A stretch of 51,901 nucleotides of DNA from a bacterium (GCA_030647655.1 JAUSJH010000021.1:1-51901); one strand, 5' to 3'. Numbered from the stretch's first letter, positions 18,809-27,508 are shown. Notes: a model not told the origin generated them from the sequence alone. Numbers and translations are program-made.

Positions 18809-19291
18809 TTAGTTTAACCACCAAATACCGAGCGAGAGATAGGCGGCGAAGAATATCCATGCTAGATAGGGGAGCATGAGATGCGCGGCGCGACGATCAA
18901 TTCCCCACGCGCTTGCGATGAGTGAGAGCACGGTGAATCCGAGGAACAGCACATCCACAAATGCAACAAGCGCCGAGTGGAGCCCGAAGAAAAACACCGT
19001 CCATGCCGCGTTAAGAAGCAGTTGCAAAAAATAAAAACGCACCCATGCGCGCGTTTGCTCCGATTGCTGCTTCTTCGTCCAAACGATCGCGAGCGCAAGC
19101 GCCATAAGAAAATAGAGAACGAGCGAGACGATGATGACCACCAAATCAGTGGGCGTGAGCGGCGGCTTCGCGAGTCCTGCATACCAACTCGAGACCCGCG
19201 TATCAACAAATAAATATCCGACCAGTCCCGCCCCCAAAGTGGCGAGGAACGCCATCCCTACCCGAATGAACGGGTCCATGATCTTCAGCAT
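18809..19291 (-). CDS. tspO: TspO/MBR family tryptophan-rich sensory protein
   Basis: WYAGLAKPPLTP, QLLLNAAWTVFFFG and PYLAWIFFA motifs. Confidence 0.92.
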   Translation of the reverse strand: MLKIMDPFIRVGMAFLATLGAGLVGYLFVDTRVSSWYAGLAKPPLTPTDLVVIIVSLVLYFLMALALAIVWTKKQQSEQTRAWVRFYFLQLLLNAAWTVFFFGLHSALVAFVDVLFLGFTVLSLIASAWGIDRRAAHLMLPYLAWIFFAAYLSLGIWWLN

Positions 19292-19334
19292 ATGCCCGCA
19301 CCATTGGGTTGTCCACAGGAGGAAGAATCCTTTA

Positions 19335-19405
19335 TCGGGCCGCCGAGAATCGAACTCGGGCTACAAGACCCCCAGCCTTGCGTACTGCCACTATACGACG
19401 GCCCG
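19335..19405 (-). tRNA. tRNA-Pro(GGG)
   Basis: Minus strand CGGGCCG...CAAGG-CTGGGGG-TCTTG...GTTCGATTC...CGGCCCGA. Confidence 0.9.
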
Positions 19406-19424
19406 TCTGTTTTGAAGTTCTCTA

Positions 19425-19651
19425 TCGGGCCGCCGGGAATCCCTGCCTGCCGGCAGGCAGGGAACCCGGTCTCTACCCGCTTCGCGGCCGCAGGATGCTA
19501 CGCACATCCGGAGAAGCTCTTTTTTCGGGGTGCCGGGAATCGAACCCGGTCTACACGCACCCGAAGCGTGCGTACTACCGGTATACTACACCCCGAAAAA
19601 AGAGCTTCTCCCCAAAGCGCATGCCGTAAGGTACCGGTATACTACGGCCCG
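19425..19651 (-). pseudogene. Interrupted tRNA-Pro(TGG)-like gene containing a nested tRNA and small palindromic inserts
   Basis: 5' half CGGGCCGTAGTATACCGGTA...TGCGC-TTTGG (19651-19612); 3' half ...GTGCG...AGACCGGGTTC[20-bp palindrome]GATTCCCGGCGGCCCGA (19509-19425). Confidence 0.7.
19525..19595 (-). tRNA. tRNA-Pro(CGG), nested
   Basis: Intact 71-nt cloverleaf; CACGC-TTCGGGT-GCGTG anticodon arm. Confidence 0.92.
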
Positions 19652-19807
19652 ATAGAGAACTTCACCTTGTGGTCACAACTCTCGCTCGCTTCCGCTCGCT
19701 CGGTCGCGACCCCGCCTCACGGTCGCTCGCGTCCTCTACGCTCGCGACATCGTTCCGGCTTGCACAGCCGCACTCAATTTGCCGAAGGGCAAATCTCGTG
19801 TCGGCTG

Positions 19808-19881
19808 TGCACCCTTCAGGATTCGAACCTGAGGCCTTTCGAATGTGAATCGAATGCTCTAACCAACTGAGCTAAGGGTGC
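19808..19881 (-). tRNA. tRNA-Val(CAC)
   Basis: GCACCCTTAGCTCAGTTGG...TTCGA-TTCACAT-TCGAA...GGTTCGAATCC...AGGGTGCA. Confidence 0.92.
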
Positions 19882-19946
19882 GTGGTTGAGATTATCCACT
19901 AAAACTGATGCGTTCTCAAGCGTCCTCTGGTATACTCTGGTTCAAC

Positions 19947-20903
19947 ATGGAGTACAAGATCTTCAGCTTGGGTGGAAACGACGGACTTGCCAAGAAGATA
20001 TCAGCGCGTCTCGGCATGCCTCTCGGCGAGATAAAGTGCCGCTCTTTTAGCGATGGTGAACAGCAGGTGCAATTTTTGGAGAACCTGCGCGGCAAGAATG
20101 TCTTCCTCATACAGCCGACGAACCCTCCGGCGGAAAATTGGGTACGGCTCATGCTCGCGATAGACGCCGCGCACGGCGCTTCTGCGCGTGAGATAACCGC
20201 AGTCGTACCGTATTTCGGATATTCGCGGCAGGATAGGAAGTCGAAGTCGCGCGAGCCCATCTCGGCTCGCGTTTTCGCGACGACACTCGAGACCGTCGGC
20301 GCGACGCGCTTTCTCACGATGGACCTTCACAACGACGCTATCGGAGGATTCTTCCGCCACACCATCGTCGACAATCTCTACGCGCGTCATGTGTTCGTTC
20401 CGCACTTCAAGGAGCTTTTCAGAAGCGCGCTCGCGGCGGACAAACTCGTCGTTGTCTCACCTGACGCTGGCGGTGTAGTCCGTGCGCAATCATACGGCAA
20501 GCGGCTGATGAAAGACGGCGAGCTCGCGATAATCCACAAAGAGCGGGACATGCCCAATAAGATCGCACGTATGAAATTAATCGGAGACGTGAAGGGGAAG
20601 GTCGCACTCATTGTAGACGATATGGCGGATACCTGCGGCACACTCGCCCGTGCGGCCGGCCTTTTGGCAGAAAGTGGAGCTCGTGAAGTCTATGCGACAG
20701 CAACACACGGCCTGCTCTCGGGAGATGCGCTCAAAACGCTCGAAGATTCGCCTATCAAGAAACTTTTTATTACTGATACCATCTCCGCCGACCGCCCGCT
20801 CAGCGAAAAGATAGAGGTCGTGTCGGTGGGCGACATATTCGGCGACGCGATACAACGTATCGAGTCGGGGGAGTCGCTTAGCGCTTTGTTTGAGACCGAA
20901 TAG
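19947..20903 (+). CDS. prs: Ribose-phosphate pyrophosphokinase
   Basis: FSDGE, PYFGYSRQDRK, VVSPDAGG and VDDMADTCGT motifs. Confidence 0.96.
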   Translation: MEYKIFSLGGNDGLAKKISARLGMPLGEIKCRSFSDGEQQVQFLENLRGKNVFLIQPTNPPAENWVRLMLAIDAAHGASAREITAVVPYFGYSRQDRKSKSREPISARVFATTLETVGATRFLTMDLHNDAIGGFFRHTIVDNLYARHVFVPHFKELFRSALAADKLVVVSPDAGGVVRAQSYGKRLMKDGELAIIHKERDMPNKIARMKLIGDVKGKVALIVDDMADTCGTLARAAGLLAESGAREVYATATHGLLSGDALKTLEDSPIKKLFITDTISADRPLSEKIEVVSVGDIFGDAIQRIESGESLSALFETE

Positions 20904-20929
20904 GGGGAGGAGTGATGAGATGACCTCGA

Positions 20930-21001
20930 GCTCTCGTCGTTCAATGGATAGGATGGCTCCCTCCGAAGGAGCTGATGCAGGTTCGATTCCTGCCGAGAGC
21001 A
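20930..21001 (+). tRNA. tRNA-Arg(CCG)
   Basis: GCTCTCG/CGAGAGC acceptor; GCTCC-CTCCGAA-GGAGC anticodon arm. Confidence 0.92.
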
Positions 21002-21049
21002 ATTGTAAAGTGAGCGGCAGCACTTCGTCTGATATGCTAGAGTGAACAT

Positions 21050-21529
21050 ATGGAGGGCACAAAAACTTCGACACTTATTCTGATTGCGCTTGGCCTTGCG
21101 GCCGTAGTAGCTTTTCTTTTGTATATCTCGTCGCTCGGCGCCGAGAAAAGAATGGCGTCAGTCAGCAATTTCGAAGAATGTGCCGCGGCGGGGAACCCGA
21201 TTATGGAGTCCTATCCCGAACAGTGTCGCGCGCCCGATGGTCGGACATTTGTGCGCGATATTTCAAACGATGCAAGCAACGGAAGGACGGGAGATCAGGT
21301 AGTATCCAATGGTTGTGCGGTCGCGGGCTGCAGTAGTCAATTGTGCGTATCTGCGGAAGAAGCATCGGGGATCGTAACGACCTGTGAATATCGCGCCGAG
21401 TATGCATGTTATCGAGAGGCCTCCTGCGAACCACAGGCGGACGGGAAGTGTGGTTGGACGCAAACGTCGGGATTGCAGAGCTGCCTTGCGAATCCTCCCG
21501 CAATTGATACAAGCGTTCAGGTCTACTAA
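21050..21529 (+). CDS. Membrane-anchored Cys-rich surface protein (eight-cysteine-cluster-like)
   Basis: N-terminal TM; FEECAAAGNPIMESYPEQC; CAVAGCSSQLC...TTCEYRAEYACY...C...GKCGW. Confidence 0.7.
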   Translation: MEGTKTSTLILIALGLAAVVAFLLYISSLGAEKRMASVSNFEECAAAGNPIMESYPEQCRAPDGRTFVRDISNDASNGRTGDQVVSNGCAVAGCSSQLCVSAEEASGIVTTCEYRAEYACYREASCEPQADGKCGWTQTSGLQSCLANPPAIDTSVQVY

Positions 21530-21570
21530 TCGCGAGGATTTTTGGTAGGATAGCTGCGAAGCGAAATAGA

Positions 21571-21641
21571 GGGCCTATAGTTCAGCGGTAGAACGCGTCC
21601 ATGGCATGGACGAGGTCGGGGTCCGACTCCCCGTAGGTCCA
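21571..21641 (+). tRNA. tRNA-Ala(GGC)
   Basis: G3-U70; CGTCC-ATGGCAT-GGACG anticodon arm; atypical T loop TCCGACT. Confidence 0.88.
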
Positions 21642-21782
21642 ATAGGTCAGAAAATGCCGGATTAATTTCCGGCTTTTTCTGTACCTTACCATGCAGGGGA
21701 GTCGGACCGCGGGCCGCAGGCGTCGACGAGACGCTGAAGGTTTCGAGCACAGCAGTGCGAGAGGCGACTCCCCGTAGGTCCA
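21642..21782 (+). repeat. 141-bp tRNA-3'-associated element, copy A
   Basis: 54-nt spacer, antisense T-arm (21696-21708), 56-nt core (21709-21764), 18-bp duplicate of tRNA 3' end (21765-21782). Confidence 0.85.
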
Positions 21783-21900
21783 CAGAAATAAGGAGCGAAG
21801 CGACTATATTTCGTAGGATGCCGTGCGGAGACACGACGCCACAAAATTAGTATGCCGTGCGAATACGCGGCGCTACAGAATATCCGCGATTTCTGGATGA

Positions 21901-21966
21901 TATACCCCATGAGATATTTGCCTGTACATTGTTACAAAGTTTAACTTCTTTATCTCACGGGGTATA
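21901..21966. repeat. MITE-like inverted-repeat element, copy 3
   Basis: TATACCCCATGAGATA, 34-bp spacer, TATCTCACGGGGTATA. Confidence 0.8.
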
Positions 21967-21974
21967 CTTGCCTA

Positions 21975-23645
21975 ATGGATTTACGCGCCGCGATAGCGCC
22001 ACTCATTAAAGGCGACGCTCTTGACGACGCTGAAACGCTCCGAAAATTCAGCCGCGACACGAGCATTTTCGAACGAAAGCCCGCTCTTGTCGTATCGCCC
22101 AAAGATGCAGATGACGTTTCGGCGCTCGTGCGATTCGCAACTGAGGCAAAAAAGCGCGGCGAGAACATCTCTCTCACTGCCCGTAGCGCGGGGACCGACA
22201 TGTCGGGAGGCCCCCTCACTGACTCCGTCGTTGTCTCCTTCACGAAATACATGAATAAAATGGGTGAAATCGGCTCTGATTATGCGATAGCTGAGCCGGG
22301 CGTGTACTATCGTGATTTTGAAAAACAAACGCTCGCAAAAAACGGGTCTATCCTTCCTCCATACCCTGCCTCGCGTGAGATGTGTGCTTTGGGCGGCATG
22401 ATCGCGGACAACGCAGGCGGCGAGCTGACTCTGCGATACGGCAAGATGGATCGCTATGTGCAAGAGCTCGACATGGTGCTTTCTGACGGTTCGCGGGCAA
22501 CATTTAGCCCACTCGGAGCAACGGATCTTGCCAAAAAGAAAGCCGAACAATCCATCGAGGGAGAAATATATCGTCGTATGGACGAGCTTATCAGGAGCAA
22601 TCAAGACATTATCGGAGCGGCTCGCCCGAACGTAACGAAAAATTCGGCGGGGTATGCGCTGTGGGACATCTGTGATCCGAAGAAAGGCACGTTCGATCTT
22701 ACAAAACTAATCGTCGGTTCGCAGGGCACACTCGGCCTTATCACGAAAGCTCGGTTCTCACTCCTCAAAACGAAACCACATCACGCCATGCTCGTTATAT
22801 TCCTTTCTGATCTCGTGAAACTGCCGGAAATAGTGCGGCGCGTACGCGCATTCGACCCGGAATCATTTGAATCGTACGATGACCACACGTTCAAGCTCGC
22901 GGCTCGCTATGCGTACGACTTTCTCAAGCACATGGGATTGTGGCAATCTATTACGCTCGCCTTCGCTTTTCTTCCTGAAGTTTGGATGGCCATAACCGGT
23001 GGTATTCCCAAACTCGTCCTCCTAGCGGAATTTGCCGAGGACACCGATGAAGAGGCGCAAGACAAAGCTCATAAGGCGCGCGCAGCACTCTTGGACCTGT
23101 CGGTGTCAACAAAAATCGCCATTGGAACAATGGAAAAGAAATACTGGAAGATTAGGCGAGAAAGCTTTGCGCTCCTGCGGAAACATGTGCACGGTCTCCA
23201 CGCAGCGCCATTTATCGATGACATCGTCGTTCACCCCGACGACTATCCGAAATTCCTACCGGAATTGAATGCGCTCCTCGCGCAGTATGACATCATGCAT
23301 ACGATCGCAGGACACATCGGTGATGCAAACTTCCACATCATCCCGCTTGTTGACCTTGGCAATCCGGCGCATCGGAAAGCAATAATGGAATTAACCCCCA
23401 AGGTCTACGAGCTTGTCGCCAAATACAAGGGCTCGATAACGGGTGAACATAACGACGGCATCATCCGCACGCCATATCTACACATGATGTACGGTCCGAA
23501 GATACTGGAATTATTTGCCGAAACCAAACGCATCTTTGACCCTCAAAATATTTTCAACCCCGGCAAAAAGGTCAGCTTGCCTGGGGAGGGCGGCACCATC
23601 GCCGACATCGAAAAATACATGGCCCGACCCGTTGTTTCGCACTGA
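21975..23645 (+). CDS. FAD-linked oxidoreductase (GlcD / D-lactate dehydrogenase family)
   Basis: RSAGTDMSG, LGGMIADNAGG, GSQGTLG, GHIGDANFH, GEHNDG and FDPQNIFNPGK motifs. Confidence 0.9.
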   Translation: MDLRAAIAPLIKGDALDDAETLRKFSRDTSIFERKPALVVSPKDADDVSALVRFATEAKKRGENISLTARSAGTDMSGGPLTDSVVVSFTKYMNKMGEIGSDYAIAEPGVYYRDFEKQTLAKNGSILPPYPASREMCALGGMIADNAGGELTLRYGKMDRYVQELDMVLSDGSRATFSPLGATDLAKKKAEQSIEGEIYRRMDELIRSNQDIIGAARPNVTKNSAGYALWDICDPKKGTFDLTKLIVGSQGTLGLITKARFSLLKTKPHHAMLVIFLSDLVKLPEIVRRVRAFDPESFESYDDHTFKLAARYAYDFLKHMGLWQSITLAFAFLPEVWMAITGGIPKLVLLAEFAEDTDEEAQDKAHKARAALLDLSVSTKIAIGTMEKKYWKIRRESFALLRKHVHGLHAAPFIDDIVVHPDDYPKFLPELNALLAQYDIMHTIAGHIGDANFHIIPLVDLGNPAHRKAIMELTPKVYELVAKYKGSITGEHNDGIIRTPYLHMMYGPKILELFAETKRIFDPQNIFNPGKKVSLPGEGGTIADIEKYMARPVVSH

Positions 23646-23664
23646 CCGGCACGAGACTATGCCG

Positions 23665-23982
23665 CTATACAAGCTTCAGGACGTGAAGTAGGAAGAATCC
23701 TGCGATGACACCAACGGCCAGAATAACGGCAACAGTCTCTAAGAAGATTATTGTGGAGAGCCGCGGCGCATGTTTCAAACGTAATGTCAGACTAGCGACG
23801 GTGAACAATCCGAGTGCGAGAGCGCCCTTGCCGAGCCAGTGGTGATAAAACGTCGCCTTGAGCCAATCCTTAAGTGCGGGTGTTTCTTCCGCGCTGACGA
23901 TGAGTACTGCAAGCATCAATGATGTCACGATAGTCGCGATTGCGACTGAACGAACCCACGAAGCGAGTGGTGAGTTCATCAT
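23665..23982 (-). CDS. Small membrane protein
   Basis: Three hydrophobic segments, HHWLGKG; 4-bp overlap with upstream gene. Confidence 0.7.
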   Translation of the reverse strand: MMNSPLASWVRSVAIATIVTSLMLAVLIVSAEETPALKDWLKATFYHHWLGKGALALGLFTVASLTLRLKHAPRLSTIIFLETVAVILAVGVIAGFFLLHVLKLV

Positions 23983-24425
23983 ATTGAGCCGGAGACAAAC
24001 ATGCCTGATGCCGCCGTTGCCACTCCGATTACTAGCGCTACGAACGTCAAAAGCGCCGTGCTTTTTCGAAGCCCGTCATCCGGATTTGCACGTAGATATG
24101 AAGCGCAAAGTGCGATTGAGAGCGCGACGAATGGCAGAACGAGGAAAATATGTTCCTTCGTCTCCATAAAGAAAGTATGCGCGACGGGCGCGGCCCCTGC
24201 GAGTATTCGCGGTTTGACCGCCGTGCCGTAGTACGTCACGTAATAATAGGCCGATGTCGCCCACGATAATAAGAAGAGTGCCGCGGCTGACCACGCGAGG
24301 CGCGAGATAAACACGTAGTTCGGTGCTTTCTTGAGGAGGTGCATTAGGACGACGTTGTGCATGCCTATCGCGATAATACCGCCGATGACGTGGACAATGA
24401 GCAGGGCGGCAAGGGTAGTCGTCAT
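23979..24425 (-). CDS. Membrane protein (about 4 TM, His-containing)
   Basis: HVIGGIIAIGMH...YYYVTYYGTAVKP...HTFFMETKEH; 4-bp overlaps on both sides. Confidence 0.75.
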   Translation of the reverse strand: MTTTLAALLIVHVIGGIIAIGMHNVVLMHLLKKAPNYVFISRLAWSAAALFLLSWATSAYYYVTYYGTAVKPRILAGAAPVAHTFFMETKEHIFLVLPFVALSIALCASYLRANPDDGLRKSTALLTFVALVIGVATAASGMFVSGSI

Positions 24426-24925
24426 ACTTTTCGTGGTGCGTGTGTGCGGGCGCGTATCCAACGCAAACCAAGACCTACCAGCACGATAGCAATCGCGTAG
24501 TATGTCAGTATTTCAAAATAGGATGCACTGGTTTTACCGATGACTCCCAGAACGAGCGCGGCATACCATGAGGTGAGCGACACCGCGGCGCCTACAGCGA
24601 ACGGCATTATTCGCGCCTGAAGAAGGATTGCGTTCCCGACAAGGACTGCGACAACGGTCATTTTGGCCCAGAACGATGGACTGGTGAGGATTCCCACGTG
24701 TTCTGTGAGCCGGAAATACAGCAAAAATCCAAAGCCCGATATGACGAGCAGGAAAAGCCCCGTCCGCATGACGGTATAGGTTACCGCGAGCACCTTCCGC
24801 TCTTCATCGTTGACGATGTCGTCGCTATTGAAACGTGTGTAATATATTTCGGCAAATGTCGCCGCGCCGACACCAAGGACGGTGCCGATCACATGCATGA
24901 TAACCAAAAGTTCCATTAACGTCAT
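24422..24925 (-). CDS. Membrane protein (about 5 TM)
   Basis: HVIGTVLGVGAAT...FWAKM...SLTSWYAALVLG. Confidence 0.75.
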   Translation of the reverse strand: MTLMELLVIMHVIGTVLGVGAATFAEIYYTRFNSDDIVNDEERKVLAVTYTVMRTGLFLLVISGFGFLLYFRLTEHVGILTSPSFWAKMTVVAVLVGNAILLQARIMPFAVGAAVSLTSWYAALVLGVIGKTSASYFEILTYYAIAIVLVGLGLRWIRARTHAPRKV

Positions 24926-25506
24926 ATACCTTGTGATCCTAATTCTCGTACCTGCGCCACCCATGCATCGTGCTTCACCGGTTCTGAATGCTCGGCCGGT
25001 CCCATTGTCGTTACGTGCACATCCATACCTGAGAAACCGAGGATGCCGCGCGATATCTCATTCGTATAATCGCCGTATTTCAACCGTGTCATAAAAGGAC
25101 TATGAGCTCCGTCAACGACGATGACGCGAGCCGTCTTACCCTTCAGCAATTCTACTACATCGTGAGTCTCCTTATCAAAATGAAATGCGAAGCCAGGCAA
25201 CCATATCCGGTCGAACATACCCTTGAGGAGAGCGGGCATGCTCGTCCACCAATTCGGGTACAAAATTACCACATGGTCAGCCCAACGTATGTTCTCCTGC
25301 ACGAGCTTAAGATCTGGCTCAAGAGGTTGAATTTCACTGTACCCCTTGTGCAGGATGGGATCGAATCGTAACTCACTGAGATTAACTCGCTTGGTTTCAT
25401 TGCCAGCAGCGCGAGCCGCATTTTCGTAGGCGTCGGCAAGCTCTCCAGTAAATCCATGGAGATGGGAATGACCGACCAATATGAATATCTTACGACTTGA
25501 TGCCAC
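24922..25506 (-). CDS. Flavodoxin-fold NAD(P)H:quinone oxidoreductase family, copy 1
   Basis: LVGH, FDPILHKGY, WADHVVILYPNWWTSMPALLKGMFDR motifs. Confidence 0.9.
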   Translation of the reverse strand: MASSRKIFILVGHSHLHGFTGELADAYENAARAAGNETKRVNLSELRFDPILHKGYSEIQPLEPDLKLVQENIRWADHVVILYPNWWTSMPALLKGMFDRIWLPGFAFHFDKETHDVVELLKGKTARVIVVDGAHSPFMTRLKYGDYTNEISRGILGFSGMDVHVTTMGPAEHSEPVKHDAWVAQVRELGSQGI

Positions 25507-25533
25507 GGGTTCAGTATAGCGTATAATAAACAC

Positions 25534-25917
25534 GTGAAAAAGGTATATTGGGAAATACTAATCAGCGCAACTTTTGTCCTCGGGGGCGCTTTTTTAATGT
25601 ACGGTCAACTGGAGGGCAAAACGGCATTTTGGGATGCGCAGTCTGTTTGGAGCGTGGCGCTTGTCACCTGCTGGACGATGGTTGCGGCCGGATATTATTA
25701 CCAAGGCTGGATGATACACCATGGACACACATCGGTTAACGTTTCCGCTGTCCTGCCGTCAATTGTTTTTGTTGTGCAGTGTATTTTGTTCATTAAAGGC
25801 ATCTTTTTTCACGACTGGTCACTGATTTCCGGTGCTCTTATTGTGAACTCGGGAGTTGTTTTCTGTCTCTACCAGATCATCAAAGCAGAAAAGAACTGGA
25901 CTCCATCAAGACACTAA
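25534..25917 (+). CDS. Hypothetical membrane protein
   Basis: Four hydrophobic segments; TATAAT 6 nt before GTG. Confidence 0.65.
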   Translation: MKKVYWEILISATFVLGGAFLMYGQLEGKTAFWDAQSVWSVALVTCWTMVAAGYYYQGWMIHHGHTSVNVSAVLPSIVFVVQCILFIKGIFFHDWSLISGALIVNSGVVFCLYQIIKAEKNWTPSRH

Positions 25918-25921
25918 GACA

Positions 25922-27508
25922 TCAACCCCACTCGATAGTCGCAGGCGGCTTGTCGGAAATGCGATAGACAATGGCACCCACTTCGCGCACCTCGTTGGTG
26001 ATACGGCGGGAGACGCGATCGAGAAAGTCGTAGGGAAGCTGTGCAAAACGCGCCGTGAAGCCATTCACACTCCAAACAGCCCATAGAGCGACCACAGCGC
26101 CTTGGCCGGCATCATCGCCCTTGGAGACGGTGTGTTTTGAGTGTGTGAGCGTAGCTCCTGCTTGCCAGACTGTTTTATATAGGTCAGTGACACGCAATTC
26201 TTCTATATAAATGCCGTCTATGGCACGGGCGATTTTGAGGTTCTCTGCAGTTACTTCGCCTTCAATTCGCACTACCAAGCCAGGGCCGGGGAAGGGGTGA
26301 CGCACCAAAAGGTCCTCGGGAACGCCGATATCTCGGCCGATGTTGCGAGCGGAATCTTTGACCTGGTCTTCAAGTGGAATAAGTTCTGGAACGGAAAATC
26401 CGAGCTTTACGTTGTGGTGCACTTTTATCTCCGCGACGCGCGCGCCGGTTGCGTGCCCATGTCCGCTTTCACGTATATCGGTATAGAGCGTACCCTGTGC
26501 GATAAAGTCAGCGCCGAAGTCTTTTATTTTCTCCTCCAGCACTTTTTTGTATACGTCGCGCACCGCAAGCCGTTTCTCGCGCATGTCGGTCTTGCCTTTG
26601 AGTGCTTTCAAGAAGTCTTTTGTGGCGTCGGCAATCTCGAGCTCCATCCAGTTCTCGTTACCGAAATACTTTTTCACATACGCTTCGTCATCTGGTCGGT
26701 CAATACCACGGATATAAATCCCCTTAAGTTTGGCGCCCGCTTCTTTCAGAAGATATGCGACGACCGAGGAATCCGAACCTCCGGAGAGAGCGATAAGCAC
26801 TTTCTTGCCGCTGGCGACCTTCTTCAACTCTTGGATTTTCTCCTGCGCTACATTGTGCGCAGGGAAACGGTCGGTAATGCCGCAGAGATTTACAAAATTC
26901 TCATATATTTTGGGGCCTTCTTCGGTGTCCGTCACTTCCGGATGAAATTGCACACCCCAGAGATGTTTATATCTTCCCGCCGCGACAGGCGCATTATCCG
27001 TCGAGCCGAGATTTTCGAGTGCAGAGCCTTCTTCGACAGAGTCTCCGTGCGTCTCAAGCACCTTACTCTCTCTCGCGATTCCTTCAAAGAGTGGATCATT
27101 GCCAGTCGTTTTGAAAGTATGTATGCCGAATTCACGCTTCTCGTGTGGGGTGACTTTTGCACCGACATGCTTTGCCCACATCTGGAATCCGAGACATACG
27201 CCAAGAGTGGGAATACCGAGGTCGAAAATATTCACGTCGAACGGTGGCGGTTCACTGTGTACAGAGGCGGGGCCGCCAGAAAGAATGATGCCGGCAGGCG
27301 CAACCTTTTTCACATCCGCCGCCTTTACACTCGCTGGGTCCGCAACGACACAAAAGACCCCGAGCCTAGCTAACTGCTGCACGATTAGATGGTCGAATTG
27401 TGAGCCCATTGAGAAGAGGAGAATGAAATGCTTTGTTTGTCGCACGTGCATCTCTTCATCTATCCCTTCAAGCGCTTCTTTCGAGGCTGTTTTGAAGATC
27501 TTCAACAT
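25922..27508 (-). CDS. guaA: GMP synthase (glutamine-hydrolysing)
   Basis: ILSGGP, GVCLGFQ, QFHPE, SGGSDS, HPFPGPGL and KPPATIEW motifs. Confidence 0.96.
   Translation of the reverse strand: MLKIFKTASKEALEGIDEEMHVRQTKHFILLFSMGSQFDHLIVQQLARLGVFCVVADPASVKAADVKKVAPAGIILSGGPASVHSEPPPFDVNIFDLGIPTLGVCLGFQMWAKHVGAKVTPHEKREFGIHTFKTTGNDPLFEGIARESKVLETHGDSVEEGSALENLGSTDNAPVAAGRYKHLWGVQFHPEVTDTEEGPKIYENFVNLCGITDRFPAHNVAQEKIQELKKVASGKKVLIALSGGSDSSVVAYLLKEAGAKLKGIYIRGIDRPDDEAYVKKYFGNENWMELEIADATKDFLKALKGKTDMREKRLAVRDVYKKVLEEKIKDFGADFIAQGTLYTDIRESGHGHATGARVAEIKVHHNVKLGFSVPELIPLEDQVKDSARNIGRDIGVPEDLLVRHPFPGPGLVVRIEGEVTAENLKIARAIDGIYIEELRVTDLYKTVWQAGATLTHSKHTVSKGDDAGQGAVVALWAVWSVNGFTARFAQLPYDFLDRVSRRITNEVREVGAIVYRISDKPPATIEWG

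Noticed and set aside
21624-21782. tRNA 3' duplications as attL/attR of a prophage or genomic island
   Set aside because: Repeats are only 141 bp apart, with no integrase or cargo; the antisense arm and conserved core are not att features
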